Shown here: in pieces, positions 11,390 through 24,854 of the stretch | How positions within the stretch are numbered: position 1 is the first letter of the stretch | How the letters are laid out: each line of letters begins with the position of its first letter | Notes under the pieces: model-generated | Told to the model about the DNA's origin: nothing | Seen by the model: the letters and a program-made list of their open reading frames with translations, nothing else | The model's database searches: none | DNA from: Octopus sinensis | Taxonomy: Eukaryota | DNA length: 64,000 bases | Reading direction: 5' to 3' | Assembly (NCBI RefSeq): GCF_006345805.1 | Contig: NC_043006.1 | Coordinates: 58,590,001 to 58,654,000, forward strand | Position numbers and translations under genes: made by a program

Positions 11390-12055
11390 TCACTCACTAG
11401 CCGTTGCTTTAATAATCCAGAATCTCTGCCCGTCAGAAACAACAAGACGCAGACGTAAAATATATATATACTACTTTATTCTCTTTCTTGGTAACAGTAA
11501 CAATAAGTGTGTTATCTGATGTCCTTGGTTCGGGGCGCGCAAGGCTGAAAGTTAATCGATTGTAATATTTACAATATTCAGCCGCTAAAACCAGAACGGG
11601 TTCAAGATGGCGTCGAACAGGGAAGTTGAATGTGGTCGGCAACAATTTGGTTAAAGGCATTCGGCCGACTGCTGCTAGAATCAAGTCCTGACGGAGAGAG
11701 AATATACGTGACCGTTGCCTTCGATAGCCATGTCTCAAAGTCTCCGCTGACTGCTGCTAGTGGTCAAACGTTCTACGATCCCCCTGCCTTGGCCAGGGTC
11801 GTGCTTCCGGTGGTTCGCGCATGCGCGAGAAGGCCCTTCCTTTCTGTGCTTTGGTGAAGGCACCAACACGCGCGAAATAGAAAATGGACGGTGCGCGCGC
11901 GCGCACCGTTATAGTATCACTACATATCTAATTACTTGTCTCCTTCTAAAATCAGGCATAACTTGGCGATCGGTTGACTTACAACATCGTTCTTCGTCTT
12001 GTGTTTACTTGGTAGAGTGCGTTTGTTAACTTGACAACAAGGTCAAGGTGAGCTC
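11390..12055. promoter_or_regulatory. CpG-rich housekeeping-type promoter, probably bidirectional, with candidate non-coding first exons
   Basis: Non-repeat CpG-dense island containing YY1 motif CAAGATGGCG (11603-11612), ETS GCTTCCGG (11803-11810), NRF1-type palindrome TCGCGCATGCGCGA (11815-11828) and a 22-bp palindrome (11888-11909). Outward-facing donors: cta|gtgagt on minus (11397) and aag|gtgagc on plus (12048). Confidence 0.6.
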
Positions 12056-12659
12056 TGATTGGCTTTATGCAAATGAGATCATTCTTGGGTCTGGAACTCT
12101 TGTCGGGAAAAATTTCACGGCCATCCACAAGTTGTAAATCGCTTTAAATATAAATTGGTTTACGATTATAAGACATCGGAGTAGGGGACACAACTCTGCT
12201 GTCACAGTTACTTTTGCTTTAGTCATTTTTACAATTCGCCGATCAATAACTACTTTTAACAGTTAGATAATAGTAATAGTAATATTTTAATTTTATAGGG
12301 TAATTAGGTTTTTTCTTATTAAAAATTAAATGAGGTTTTTTCCAAGTTCGAACCCAGTACACTTTTTCATTATCATATTTCACTTGAAGGCTTTTACTTC
12401 TGGTAGTTTCAAAGACGGAGAGGAGGTAGAATCATTAGCGCATCGGATAAAATGCTCGATATTTCTTCCCCGTTCTTCACATTCTGAGAACAAAACTTGC
12501 CAATAACAACTTTGCTTTTCATCCTTTCGGGATCGATAAAATAAAGTACTTTGCTCTTTCCCCTGAAATTGCTGATCCTGTGCCAAAATTAGAGACAATT
12601 AAAGTTAGTGTCATTACGGAGATTAATTGCAGTTACAGCAGTAGTATTAGTGTCCTTAA

Positions 12660-13030
12660 GTGGAGGCGCAATGGCCCAGTGGTTAGGGCAGCGGACTCGC
12701 GGTCATAGGATCGCGGTTTCGATTCCCAGACCGGGCGTTGTGAGTGTTTATTGAGCGAAAACACCTAAAGCTACACGATGCTCCGGCAGGGATGGTGGTG
12801 ATCCCTGCTGTACTCTCTCACCACAACTTTCTCTCACTCTTACTTCCTGTTTCTGTTGTACCTATATTTCAAAGGGCCGGCCTTGTCACTCTCTGTGTCA
12901 CGCTGAATATCCACGAGAACTACGTTGAGGGTACACGTGTCTGTGGAGTGCTCAGCCACTTACACGAGCAGGCTGTTCCGTTAATTCGGATCAACCGGAA
13001 CCCTCATCGTCGTAACCGACGGAGTGCTTC
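12660..13030 (+). mobile_element. tRNA-derived SINE, family 1, apparently full length
   Basis: A box TGGCCCAGTGG, B box GGTTTCGATTCCC, followed by a non-tRNA body; same head at 42385. Confidence 0.85.
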
Positions 13031-13376
13031 CTTATCTCGAACCCTCAACTTCTACGTGAAATGGTAGGGGCGCCATTGTGACATATAGCGTGCCTTCGGC
13101 ACTTTTTAACCTGGCGAAGGTTAGTTATCCTTCTGCCTGTTTGACCTCAGTCTGTCTATTCCAGAAATTGCAGTAGACAAACGTAAGACACGCTTCTGTC
13201 ACAGAGATACTCACAACTATTACGAGATGTCAAAACAAGGAGACTCGATCATACACACATTCACATAAATACATTATCATTATCATCATCATTTAGCGTC
13301 CATTTTCCATGCTGGCATGGGTTTGGCAGTTTGACTGGAGCTGGTAAGCTGGAGAGCTGCGCCTGGCTCCAGTTTG

Positions 13377-13797
13377 GGATCTTTTCGGTTTGAACGGCAG
13401 TTTTTTCTAGCGGTGTCTTTTGAAATTGTCGCCCATAATTATGACCCTAGAATAGATCTATTGCATTTCAATCTGTTTTAGGGTTAGGGTTAGAGGTGAG
13501 GGAAGGGTATCTTTTTTTCTTCACAAATGTAAATAAACACAATCTGTTTCTTAAACGAGGGACATATTCATACGGCACAGAATGTTTTTTTTTTTTACCT
13601 CAATAGACGTCACTGATTGATTGAAATTTCAGAAATTGAAGAAAAAAACAACAAATATCTTACAAACTATAGAATTTTCTCAATAAAGTCAAGAGAAAAA
13701 GATATTTTATAAACACATTCTACCAGTATACGAAGTTTAAAATTTTTTAGTTACCTAGAAATTATGTTAAAAACTGCCGTTCAAACCGAAAAGATCC
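13377..13797. mobile_element. Merlin-like MITE inserted in an RTE 3' tail
   Basis: 29-bp TIR GGATCTTTTCGGTTTGAACGGCAGTTTTT; perfect 8-bp TSD CCAGTTTG (13369-13376 and 13798-13805); internal TTAGGGTTAGGG. The superfamily is inferred from GG..CC ends and the 8-bp TSD. Confidence 0.8.
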
Positions 13798-14227
13798 CCA
13801 GTTTGTTTTGGCTTGGTTTCTACAGCTGGATGCCCTTCCTGTTGCGAACCACTCCACAGAGTGCACGGAGTGTCTTTCACGTGTCAGTGGCAAGAGTGCC
13901 TTTTACATGTCACCAGCATGGGTGCCTTTAAGGGGTCACCAGCACTAGCTATGTCTTCTCAAGCACAGCAAATCACCATGTGCATGTTTATTATATACAA
14001 TTGTTTTTTTTTTTCTTTTCAGTTTCTGTCTACCAAATCCACTCCCAAGGTTTTGGTCAGTCCAAGGCTATAGTAGAAGACATTTGCCCAAAGTGCAATA
14101 CAGTGAGACTGAACCTGAAACCAAGTGGTTGGGAAGCAAACTACTAAACCCCATAGCCATACCTGTAAAAATAATTACTCTAACAAAAGTCTATTGCTTT
14201 ATTGTTAGCTTGGAAAATTGTGGATGG

Positions 14228-15115
14228 TGGAGGCTATCTCTTTTACTTGTTTCAGTCATTTGACTGTGGCCATGCTGGAGCACCGCATTTAGTCAAGCAA
14301 ATCGACCCCGAGACTTATTCTTTGTAAGCCTAGTACTTATTCAATCGGTCTCTTTTGCCGAACCGCTAAGTGACAGGGACATATAAACACATCAGCATCA
14401 GTTGTCAAGCAATGTTAGGGGGACAAACACAGACACACAAACATATATACATATACATGACGGGCTTCTTTCAGTTTCCGTCTACCAAATCCACTCACAA
14501 GGCTTTGGTTGGCCCGAGGCTATAGTAGAAGACACTTTCCCAAGGTGCCACGCAGTGGGACTGAACCTGGAACCATGTGGTTCGTAAGCAAGCTACTTAC
14601 CACACAGCCACTCCTACGCCTGTATATGTAACATATACAATAAACATCTTTCAGTTACTGTCTACTAAATCCACACATGAGGTTTTGGTTGGCCCGTGGC
14701 TCCAGTAGAAGCCATTGCCCAAGATTCTGCACAATAGGATTAAACACAAGACTAGATAGTTGAGAAACAAACTTCTCAACCACACATATACACACAAAAG
14801 GCTTCAATTAGTTTCTATCAAATTTAATCACAAGGTTTTTGGTTAGCCCAAGGTTATAGTAGAAGACAATTACCCAAGGTACCATGCAGTGAAACTGAAC
14901 CTAAAACCACATAGCTGGGAAACAAACTTCTCGACCACGTAGCTACACCTATATACATACACAGACACAAAGGGCTACTCTTAGTTTCCACTTGATTTAT
15001 TCACAAGGCTTTGGTTGGCCCAGGGTTATAGTAGAAGACAACTAACCAAGGTGCCACGCAATGGGACTGAACCTGAAACCATGTAGTTAAGAAACAAACT
15101 TTTTAGCCACACACC
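14228..15115 (-). mobile_element. CORE-like SINE (family 2) followed by three tandem degenerate 5' modules
   Basis: Full copy at about 14228-14625; head modules at about 14645-14790, 14800-14950 and 14970-15115 share GGTTCAGTCCCA..CCTTGGG.AAGTGTCTTCTACTATA. Confidence 0.75.
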
Positions 15116-15491
15116 CATGTGTGTGCCTATACTGCATAAAAGAATAACTCTATACAGTGGTAGCCACATATAACCCCCAGATAATATTATTACAAGTAGT
15201 GAGTCCCCAAGTCACTCTTGATCTTATGATCCTCTTCAACCTTATGTTATTAGCTGTTATTGTTATCTAAAAGGTTCCACCACAATATACAGCTTGTGCT
15301 GTTTTTAACCCCTTAGCATTTGAACCAACCATATCAAGCCCAAATATTCTACTTGTTTTACGTTCAAACCAGCCACATCCAGCCTCTCATACCTACCCTA
15401 CAATGTCATTCTAAAAGTAAACAACCACAGCAATGAAATCTCAAAGCTACAAGATAATGCATGATTAATTCAAAAGATTATGAATACAAAA

Positions 15492-16193
15492 GCATTGTCA
15501 TGCCTGAATACAAGATTCCTTAGCAGTGGACAGCAGTATGTCATCTAGCCAAGGATCCAAGATCTCCTTCAGGAGATACCATTTGGTGGCTGCGGTCATT
15601 TTAACCCCTTCAGGCACCCTGGCTGGGTTAACAAGTCTGTCCCCAATGATACCAGCCCACAACATGACTCCTCCACCCTGTTGTTGACATCATAAATGTT
15701 GGTGACACATCTCCAAAATAGACCCAACCATTTGCCCAACCGTCAGGTCAATCAAGGGTCACCCTGGTTTTGTCAGTGAACAGAATACAACTCATGTCTA
15801 ATGTCATGTACTTTTGGGCCTATTGAAGCCTCAAACTCCTGTAACGGGACATTAAAGGAGGCAGTTTCGGGGGTTCTTGCATGGAAGCCATGGTTCTGAG
15901 GATGCAATTTCTGATAGTTTTTGGTACATGAGGAGGTCCAGAGGCAGTGAAAATGGCTTTGCTTATTTGTCCAGGTTTCCCACGTAACTTGTGGCCAATA
16001 TTCCTTAAATCCTTAGCTGTCACAGTCTTGAAGGTCCCACAATCGGATCGTTTCTTCCTTGGCAAAGTGTCCATCAGGAATTGTCTAACCATGTCCACAT
16101 GACAACCTAACTTCTCTGAAGAGAGATGCCTTTAGCACTTTCCTTGATGATGACAGACTTTTCTCCATCATTAAGGCCTTTTCCACATCCCAT
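15492..16193 (-). pseudogene. Tc1/mariner (Tc3-like) transposase relic
   Basis: Across frames: MGCGKGL.., ILFTD.TRVTLD*PDGW, QQGGGVMLWAGIIG, VFRHDNA; stops and frameshifts; truncated after the second catalytic Asp. Confidence 0.85.
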
Positions 16194-16844
16194 ATAAATT
16201 TTACAGGTAAAATATTTTTCTGGGAATGAATTACAATTTATAACATTGCTACTATGAGAAATTATTGCTCTGCTTTACAAGCAGTTTCTGGGAACAAATT
16301 AACTTGTATATCAAAGCATTACTGTATGCTAACATTTCCACATGATCAGACTGGAAACAAACGACACTGCTTGCATGACGGTGACACTCGTTTACAATTA
16401 TTACACAATGTCAAGGTGCACACAAACAGATGCATGCAATTAATTATAGGTGACACACAGTGGGGCTGAACCTGAAATTACCATGATGGTGACACTCACA
16501 ACTAAATGCTGTCAAGTAACACATACACAACAGGCTTCTTTCAGTTTCTGCCCATCAATTTCACTCACAAGGCTTCAATCGGCCCAGGGCTATATCAGAA
16601 AACATTTGCCCAAGGTACTATCAGTGAGATTGAACATGGAACCACGTGGCTGGGAAGCAAACTTCTTACCACAGGCACCTCGCAATATTTATACTTAAGA
16701 TTTAGAACTGGCAAAAGAAATAAAACTCCATTTGATAGCAAATTTTAAATTCTTTGGAATAATTATAGGTGACAAGTATCTCAAAAAAAAAAAAAAGATT
16801 GGAAAAAAAAAATTGAAGCATTTAAATCGTTTGTATAATAAATG

Positions 16845-16850
16845 TTTATT
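16845..16850 (-). terminator. Likely polyadenylation signal of the myosin light chain gene
   Basis: First AATAAA on the minus strand after the stop (about 400 nt of 3'UTR), followed by U-rich tracts at 16790-16812. Confidence 0.5.
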
Positions 16851-17253
16851 TAATAACTCGAAATTATCAAAGACATTTTATATGAATATAATCATTTTCA
16901 TACATATACTACAGATGTCAAGAAGTCAACTAGAAAAATAAAATGTTGAAAAGATCTAAATTAAAAAAAAAAAAAGCATAAAAAGAGTGAGAGAGAGAGA
17001 GAATAAATGAGGAGAGAAGAATTGATAGATCGTCATCTATTAGTAAAAGTATTAGCCGAAAATGATGGAAGCATGAAAGTAATTTGTGTGGAATACACAT
17101 CAACACTGATAAGTCACAATCACCTTGCTTCAACACTTCCATGTCAATTGAATTATGAATATTATTTTGTAGGTTAAAGATTTACATAGCAGCAGAGCTG
17201 TGAAAAGTTCTTCGGAGATAAGGCATCTTTCCACACTGTACAGAAAGGGTAAA

Positions 17254-17282
17254 TCAACCTGCAAGAACCATGCGGATCAGTT
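17254..17282 (-). CDS. Mlc-c: Myosin essential light chain exon 6, coding part (ELIRMVLAG*)
   Basis: ttattctttttacag|AACTGATCCGCATGGTTCTTGCAGGTTGA; resembles the non-muscle MYL6 C-terminus ELVRMVLNG. Confidence 0.9.
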
Positions 17283-20200
17283 CTGTAAAAAGAATAAAAA
17301 CAATTTGTAAGATACCTGGAGACGAACTACTACGTAAAATGATTATTGTGTGGCATTTTATAATAAAATATTTAGAGAATAACAGCCACAAATATTCGCT
17401 AATTACCTATGAGAATATCAAGCCTATATTATTATAAATATTATCGTAGGATGTCAAATGTACATTATATAACTCCCAAAATCCATGAACTCTTGAATGA
17501 TGGGAGGGCTACAAATTCTTTAATTCATACATGCAAACCCTTTTAAACATCTGTACAATTTATACATACCCTTTGCTAACAATATTAGTATCTAACATCC
17601 TTTTCTATCTCTTCTCAGCTCCAACCATACCACACCACCCTCTCTTCTAAAATATGAGTAGCCATGAAACCCCTCTACAGCAAAAAAGAACCTGTCTTGC
17701 TCTGGCCCTTTTTCTCTCATACTGGTCTACCCCTCATCTAATTGCATAAAGCCATTTCTCCTGGAGTTCATAGTCTTGCACACTGAAATCCCTGCACTTG
17801 TACTGGTGTCACAAAAAAAAAAAAGCACTATCCTATATACATTGTGAAGTAGTTGGCATTAAGAAGAACATCAATATGTAGAAACCATACTAAAACAGAC
17901 AATGGAGTACAATGAAGTCCTTGGGTCCATGGCCATTGGATCCTGTCAAACCATCCAATTCATGCCAGCATTGAACATGGTCATCAGATGATGATGATGA
18001 TCATGTCACTACATTTAGACACCAACATTTAAAATCAGAATACTAACTCCATACTGATTAATAATATCTTTATATAAATCTATCATCACAGCTTATCTCC
18101 AGCAACACTTGAGAGCATCTTATAATTCACATCACAATTTTTAATAGATATCATAAGAGCTACAATATGCCAAAAATGAATGTGCTACACATTGCAAGCT
18201 ACATATCACACCTACAAACACCATTGTAGGTAAAATGGCTGAAGAAAAGGAAACAATTATTTCAAGATACATCACAGAGATGCTTTAGATGCATCATCAG
18301 TGATATTTTAGGGTGCTCAGGGGTTTCAGGTTTTCACCATCAGAACCCTTCACCCAGCTGACCCAACCAGGGTTGGTCAAGTCCCAAATAACAGCAAACC
18401 ACTGGTCTACCCTGTTTATCCAAAGCCACCTAGTGGCCTTCTCTCCAGCTTCAGTGATGGAATTTATGGCCCTCCTCTTTGTTGCACCAGTAACTACAAG
18501 TTCAGTCAGGGCTTTGCAGAATGAATGCCCCACAAAATCCTGCCAGCCCCAATTTCTGTACTACTCTAGCAGCTCTTGGTATTTGGCAAGCTTCCTCTTA
18601 TGAACATCCTCCAAGAGCATAGTCAGTTTCCACATGATCACCTGTTTGGTGGAATTTGAGATCACTTATGTCTGGCCAAAGCGTTGTTGACATGATGTGA
18701 TCTGCAAACTTTAACCATTCCACAAGATCCACTCTTAAGACTACAACACATGAATAAATCTCAGAAATTTTTTTTTAAAAGAATGTATAATTCCTGGTAA
18801 GATGATAATTACAGAACAAAGAACTTACCTTCATAATTAACATTACCATGTGAGTCTTCAACACCTTGCAATAATTGATCAGCTTCTTCAGAAGTCAATC
18901 TTTCACCTGTAATAAAGGAACATATTTTACTCTCCCGCTCTTTGTGAATGAATGTAATCAATCATTTAACTAACAATGGAATTTGAATGTGTTATTGCAG
19001 TTACTCTTGTGTTTTCACAGAGATTTTTTTAAGCAGGGAGATTCTACAGTTGACATTAAATATTAACATAACACCAAATGTATGTCCTCTACAACTGTTT
19101 CTTCCTCAACCACAGAGGGAGCTTGTATGTAGTTGTTCAAACTGCTAAAAATAGCAAGCAAATCTCTCTCTTAAGCCTTTAGTATTTAAACTGGCTGTAT
19201 CTGACCTAAATTGCTCTACTGGTTTTACGTTCAAATTCACCAGATATGGCCTCCCACACCTACCTAACAATGTCATTCATAAACAATTGCATCACAGAAA
19301 TCTCAAAGCCACAAGATAATGCTTGATTTATTCAAAAGAATGCGAATGAATGTGCATAACATTTGATAGGGTAACCTGAATGCTAAAGGGTTGAAAAGAA
19401 CACATTGGGCAATGGAGTCGTAGATCATCATCATTTAACGTCTGCTTTCCATGCTAGCATGGGTTGGACGATTTGACTGAGGTCTGGCAAACCAGATTGC
19501 TTCCACCAGACTCCAATCTAATCTGGCAGAGTTTTTACAGCTGGATGCCCTTCGGTCATAAAAGAAAACAAAATATGCTCCAAATGAAATTATAGCATGA
19601 ATATGAAGAATGCCATTTCAAGATTATTCAAAACATATCTTAAGAAGCACTATAATGTCATAGCTATTGCCTTAGTTGTAACTTAGTGTTTAAACTATTT
19701 CCACAAGTCAGAATAACCAAACCAAATATAGTTGGGTTTTTTTTTGGGGGGGGGGGGTTCTATGTGAATGGAGATTCTAGATTAAAAAGCGATAAACAAA
19801 ACAAATCAAAAACCATTGAAGGAAATCTTTACCTAATCCAGATAAAAGATGACGCATCTCAGCACTGCTGACAAACCCATTTTGATCTTTGTCGAAAACT
19901 TTGAACCCTTCAACCAAATCTTCAAAAGTAACTGGATCTTTATTCCGATTGATAGTTTGTAAAATAGGGAGAACTGTTTCAAAACTGATCCGCTCCACTG
20001 TAAAAAAGCAAAAAAAAAAAAACATTTAACTGCATGCAAATGTGAAACATCATGCATATATAGTACTACTACATCATTGGCAGCAGTGGCATCATCATCA
20101 TCACTTGACCCCTGTATTCTATGTTGGCAAAGATTGGACAGTTCTACAGGATCCAACAAGCCAGAGGACTGTGTTAAGCTCCAATGTTATTTTTGGCATC

Positions 20201-23200
20201 ATTTCTGTGGCTGAATACCCTTTCAAACACCAACCATTTTACAGAGTGTACTGAGTGCTGTTTCTCATGGCACCAGCACTAGCAAAGGTCACCAAGTAAC
20301 TCTCAAGGCTCCTTTGACTGAGTGGAGGTTAAAGTATGATAGAGAAGCAGGTGCCATGTATCTTGCATGTAGAGGGGATACATGGCTACCCTAGCAACAC
20401 AGGAAGAAAGGATAGCGAAGATGAAGTGTCAGGACATACATTTAAAGAACAAGAAGGTGGATGATGATAGAATAGGGACAGTAAATTGAAGGTAGCTGGG
20501 TGGGTCTTTGAGATTGTAAAATGGGACTGACAGACAAAACAGATGATGATAGAAGTGAATGCAGTGAACATTGATGAAGGCTTCAATAAGGAGAGTGATT
20601 TGAAAAATCTTTATATATAAAAGTAAGGTTGTGTGTCTGTCTCCTACGATTTAGATTCCTAACTACTCCCACATTTTGCAGTGCAGTTTAACCCAAACCA
20701 GGTATCTTATAGTCGTGATTCATATCGAGCCCTTCTGGGTATTAGCGCTCGTCTATGATAAGTCTACGATTTTAAAAAGAATTTACCATCATTTTTTTCC
20801 ATTTTAATGCATTTTTTCGATATTATATAAGGGAAGTAACTCTCTAAAAATGTCTACGATGCGTCAACGATTTTAAAAAAAATTTACCATCATTTTTTTT
20901 CCATTTTTAATGCATTTTTTTGCTATAACTCTCTAAAAATACTTATATAGTTATTTCCCTTACAAACCCGAGCAACGCCTGGTGATACTGCTAGTAATTA
21001 CTAAATATTTAATCTGTCTTCTGCTGCAAATGTAAATTACTAAAATTATAAAATTATATAAAGAATGTTTGCTTCAGTAATGTCACATATAATAAAGTTT
21101 CTACATTTATAAAAATAAAAATAAATATACCTTAACCCTTTCATATTTAAACTGGCCATATCAAGCCCAAATAATTTATCTGTTTTATGTTCGTTCAAAC
21201 CAGCCAGATTTGATCTCTCAGACCTACCCTACAATGTCATTCTAAAAATGCAACAATCATATTATTGAACTCTTAAAGCTTTGAGAAAATGCCTAATTAA
21301 CTCAAAACAATGTGAATAAATAAGCTTCACATCTGACTGAAAAATTTTAATACTAAAGGGTTAAATTAGCTTTTTTGTAACCATATTTCTGTTAATCAGA
21401 CAACATTCAAATAATTTTGAAAATATTGAAAAATTCAGCAAAATATATTGTCATTATTAAGGTTTATAACATAAATTAACATATGAAATTTTGATGGAAG
21501 GTTTTAATTAGGGCACTTTAACTCTTTTGTTACCATGTTTCTGCTGAAAATAACTACATTTATTTCAATTAATTTTGAAAATAATGAAAAGTTGGCAATG
21601 AGTATAACAAGGAATTTAGTGTATAGGTAGGAGTTCACCAAGAATTGGTTCTCAGCCTCTCTTGTTTACCATACTCCTGACTATAACAAGAAATTTAAGA
21701 CTGGCTACTCCTGGGAACTCCTCTATACTGATGACCTTGTTCTTAGAGCTATAAGAAATTTCAGGTGTGGAAGCAAGGTCTGGGATGAAAGAGTTTTAGA
21801 GTTAATTTAACAAAGACCAAAGTCCTATTAAGTAAGAAAATGAGATGGCCTTGCTCGGTATGTAGAAGAGTTATTGGTAGAAATGCCATACATTGTACCC
21901 AATGCACACAAGAGGTGCAACGGTATCACAGGAAGGTTAACAGAAAAAAGTAGTCTTAGTATGTAGCACTAGGAATGTACAGATAATAGACCCCTCAAAT
22001 ATTGGTGGGATCCTTAGTAGTAGATAGTTTCCATTACTTAGGCAACCAAGTAAGCAGTGGAGGTGGTTCTGAAAGTGTAGCTGCTAGAATAAGAACAGGC
22101 TGGGTAAAGTTCAGAGAGCTACTACTTTTGTTAGTAAAAAAGGGCCCCACCCTTAGAGTGAAAGGTAGATTGTATGATGCCTGTGTACATACAATTATGT
22201 TACATGGCAGTGAGACATGGGCTGTGACTACTGAGGACAAGCAAAGGCTTGAAAAAAATGAAGCCAGCATGCTCCACTGGATGGGTAATGTCAGTGTGAA
22301 TGTACAACAGAGTGTAAGTGATCTGAGAGAAAAAGTGGGTATACAAGGCATTAGAAATAGGATCCAAGTTAAAACCTTCCATTAAAATTTCATGATAATT
22401 TATGTTCCAAACACCAGCTTAATAACAACAAAGTTATTTTACTAAATTCTTCCTCCTTTTTAAAAAGGTTAACACAACATAATACAATCATTGAAAAAGG
22501 TGGGTTTGATAATTTTCAATAACATAGATAACCACCACAGTAAGTTTAAATGCACTGATGAAAAACTAATGATCAGCATTCTTGGGCTGAGCATGTAAAG
22601 GAGACACCTCCAAATGCCATCATTCATAAGTAGTAGTCTAGCCTTCGCCATTGTGGTAACCAAATTATTATAGAGCATGTTCATAAAATACATTGAATAG
22701 CTGCCAGGAATTGAGATTGCATGACAATTTAATAATTAGGGGCGACAAAGGGGTCACTGAAAACAGATTCAATTAAAAAACGGGGGTGGGATTGGAATTG
22801 GTTATTAACAATGTTTTCAACATCATAAATAACCATAGAAAAATTAAATGCAATGTTAAAAGCCTTTCTCAACTCTTTTGACTTTATAATTGTCAATGTT
22901 GATGAAACAAATAGTAGATTAAAGAATTAAAAACTAAACTTTTTATTATATTACACTATTTGATCTCATCTTTAGAATGTATGGCAGCTGAATTTAACTG
23001 CAGGAGTTAAGAGTCACTGGTGAGGATTAAAATGGTCTACATCAAAATCCAAAATTGCAATCCAACTATGTATGCAGTTATTAAGAGAGTGCTTTTGAGG
23101 TTTTGGAGTTTTTTAACTCTTATTTTTAGCATAAGTGGTACTAGTCAGTTCTCTGTCACTTTGTGACCTCTATCAATTTTACCTTTTGGTTCTAATTACT

Positions 23201-24490
23201 AATAGACCATACTTATAATATATATATAGATGTGTGTATATGTATATATGTGTGTGTGTACATATATATATATATTTTTTTTTTCCAAATATTCATAAAC
23301 ATGTGTGTGTGTGTGTGATCTTCCATACATTACAAATTTCAAGATGATTTTATGTGTATACTGAAGTTGAAATACTGATGTAACTATTGTATTCTGTTGA
23401 TCAGAAGAGTTAGCCTCTATATCTGCATTGGTTTGTAAAATGTACAATAGTACTATGCAATTTATAGCATATTCACTAGCGTTGACATGTAAAATAATTT
23501 GTTATGCAATAAAATAAATTATTTTTGCATGATGTTGTCTGCGAAATGGCCAACATCCTATTGATATCAATTGGTGAAATAAATATATTCTCCTGGCAGT
23601 GCCCCAGCATGGCCACAGCCTTATGGCTGAAACATACAAAAGAATACAAGAATCCCATACAACCTGACTTTTTTTATATTCTATATACCCCTCATGAAAT
23701 AATTTTTAGGGCATCCAGCCGTAGAAACACTGCCAGATCTGACTGGGCCTGATGAAGCCTTCCAGCTTCACAGACCCCAGTTGAACCGTCCAACCCATGC
23801 TAGCATAGAGAACGGATGCTAAATGATGATGATGATGATGATGATGATTGGATTTATGAGATTTCAATTACATAGGACTCTCCATTACACTCCTACATAG
23901 TAGTTTACTATGTGGTTTGTAGCCAGGTTCACTAGAGGAGCTTTCTTATTTCTTTATTGCCCACAAGGGGCTAAACATAGAGGGGATAAACAAGGACAGA
24001 CAAAGGGATTAAGTCGATTACATCAACCCCAGTGCGTAACTGGTACTTAATCTATAGACCCCAAAAGGATGAAAGGCCAAGTCGACCTCGGCCGAATTTG
24101 AACTCAGAACATAAGAGCAAACAAAATACTGCTAAGCATTTCGTCGGCGTTCTAACGTTTCTGCCAGCTCACCACCTTTCTAGAGGAGCTTTCTTGTGAT
24201 TACCACTGGATTACACAAATCCATATATTGTACATTAAATTTTTTATATATATATATATCGTTTTAATGTCCAATTTTCCATACTTGCATGGATCACACA
24301 GAATTTCTTGACGAAAACCTTTTTAAGGCCAGGCACCCTTATCTCCAAACCCTCACCTGTTTCCAAGCAAGGTATTTTTTTTCCTTATGATTGTACAGGT
24401 TTCTACAGATGACTGGAAGCAAACAGCACCATCTGTATGATTAGCAGTGAAAGTTTACAACTGAAGCCTAACATCTAGACAAGGAAACAG

Positions 24491-24528
<38 letters not shown>

Positions 24529-24815
24529 GAGAGGTTTCTTTCAGTTTCCATCTGCCATTATTAATCTGGTGCTTAGAGCATAAATTAACATAGCATCTTT
24601 TTTTTAAATTTCAAATCACTTTAAAACCAATGTCTATATCCTAGAACAAAGGGTGGTTTCAGGTTGGTTGGTATCACAAAGGGTTAATGGTAAACAACTA
24701 TTTAATGATAGGTAGCTTTTGAATACGTGATAATTTAATGGTAGATTTTCAAGATATAATAATAATAATAATAATGGTAGATCTTCAAGATGATATTATT
24801 ATTATTATTATAATA

Positions 24816-24854
<39 letters not shown>

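Noticed and set aside
11607-11654. ATGGCG start codon inside the YY1 motif
   Set aside because: Frame closes after 15 codons with no strong donor; treated as a promoter motif. ORFs 11433..11738, 11630..11857 and 11760..12029 resemble no known protein.
12660-12740. tRNA gene (A and B boxes, also at 42385)
   Set aside because: No acceptor stem closing the cloverleaf, and it continues into a multi-copy SINE body; it is a tRNA-derived SINE head.
23748-23760. CTGATGA hammerhead seeds at 23.75 kb, 55.73 kb, 18.3 kb, 34.78 kb, 48.64 kb and 10.2 kb
   Set aside because: No stem II plus GAAA plus stem III follows; they are parts of RTE/HERO tails or coding sequence.
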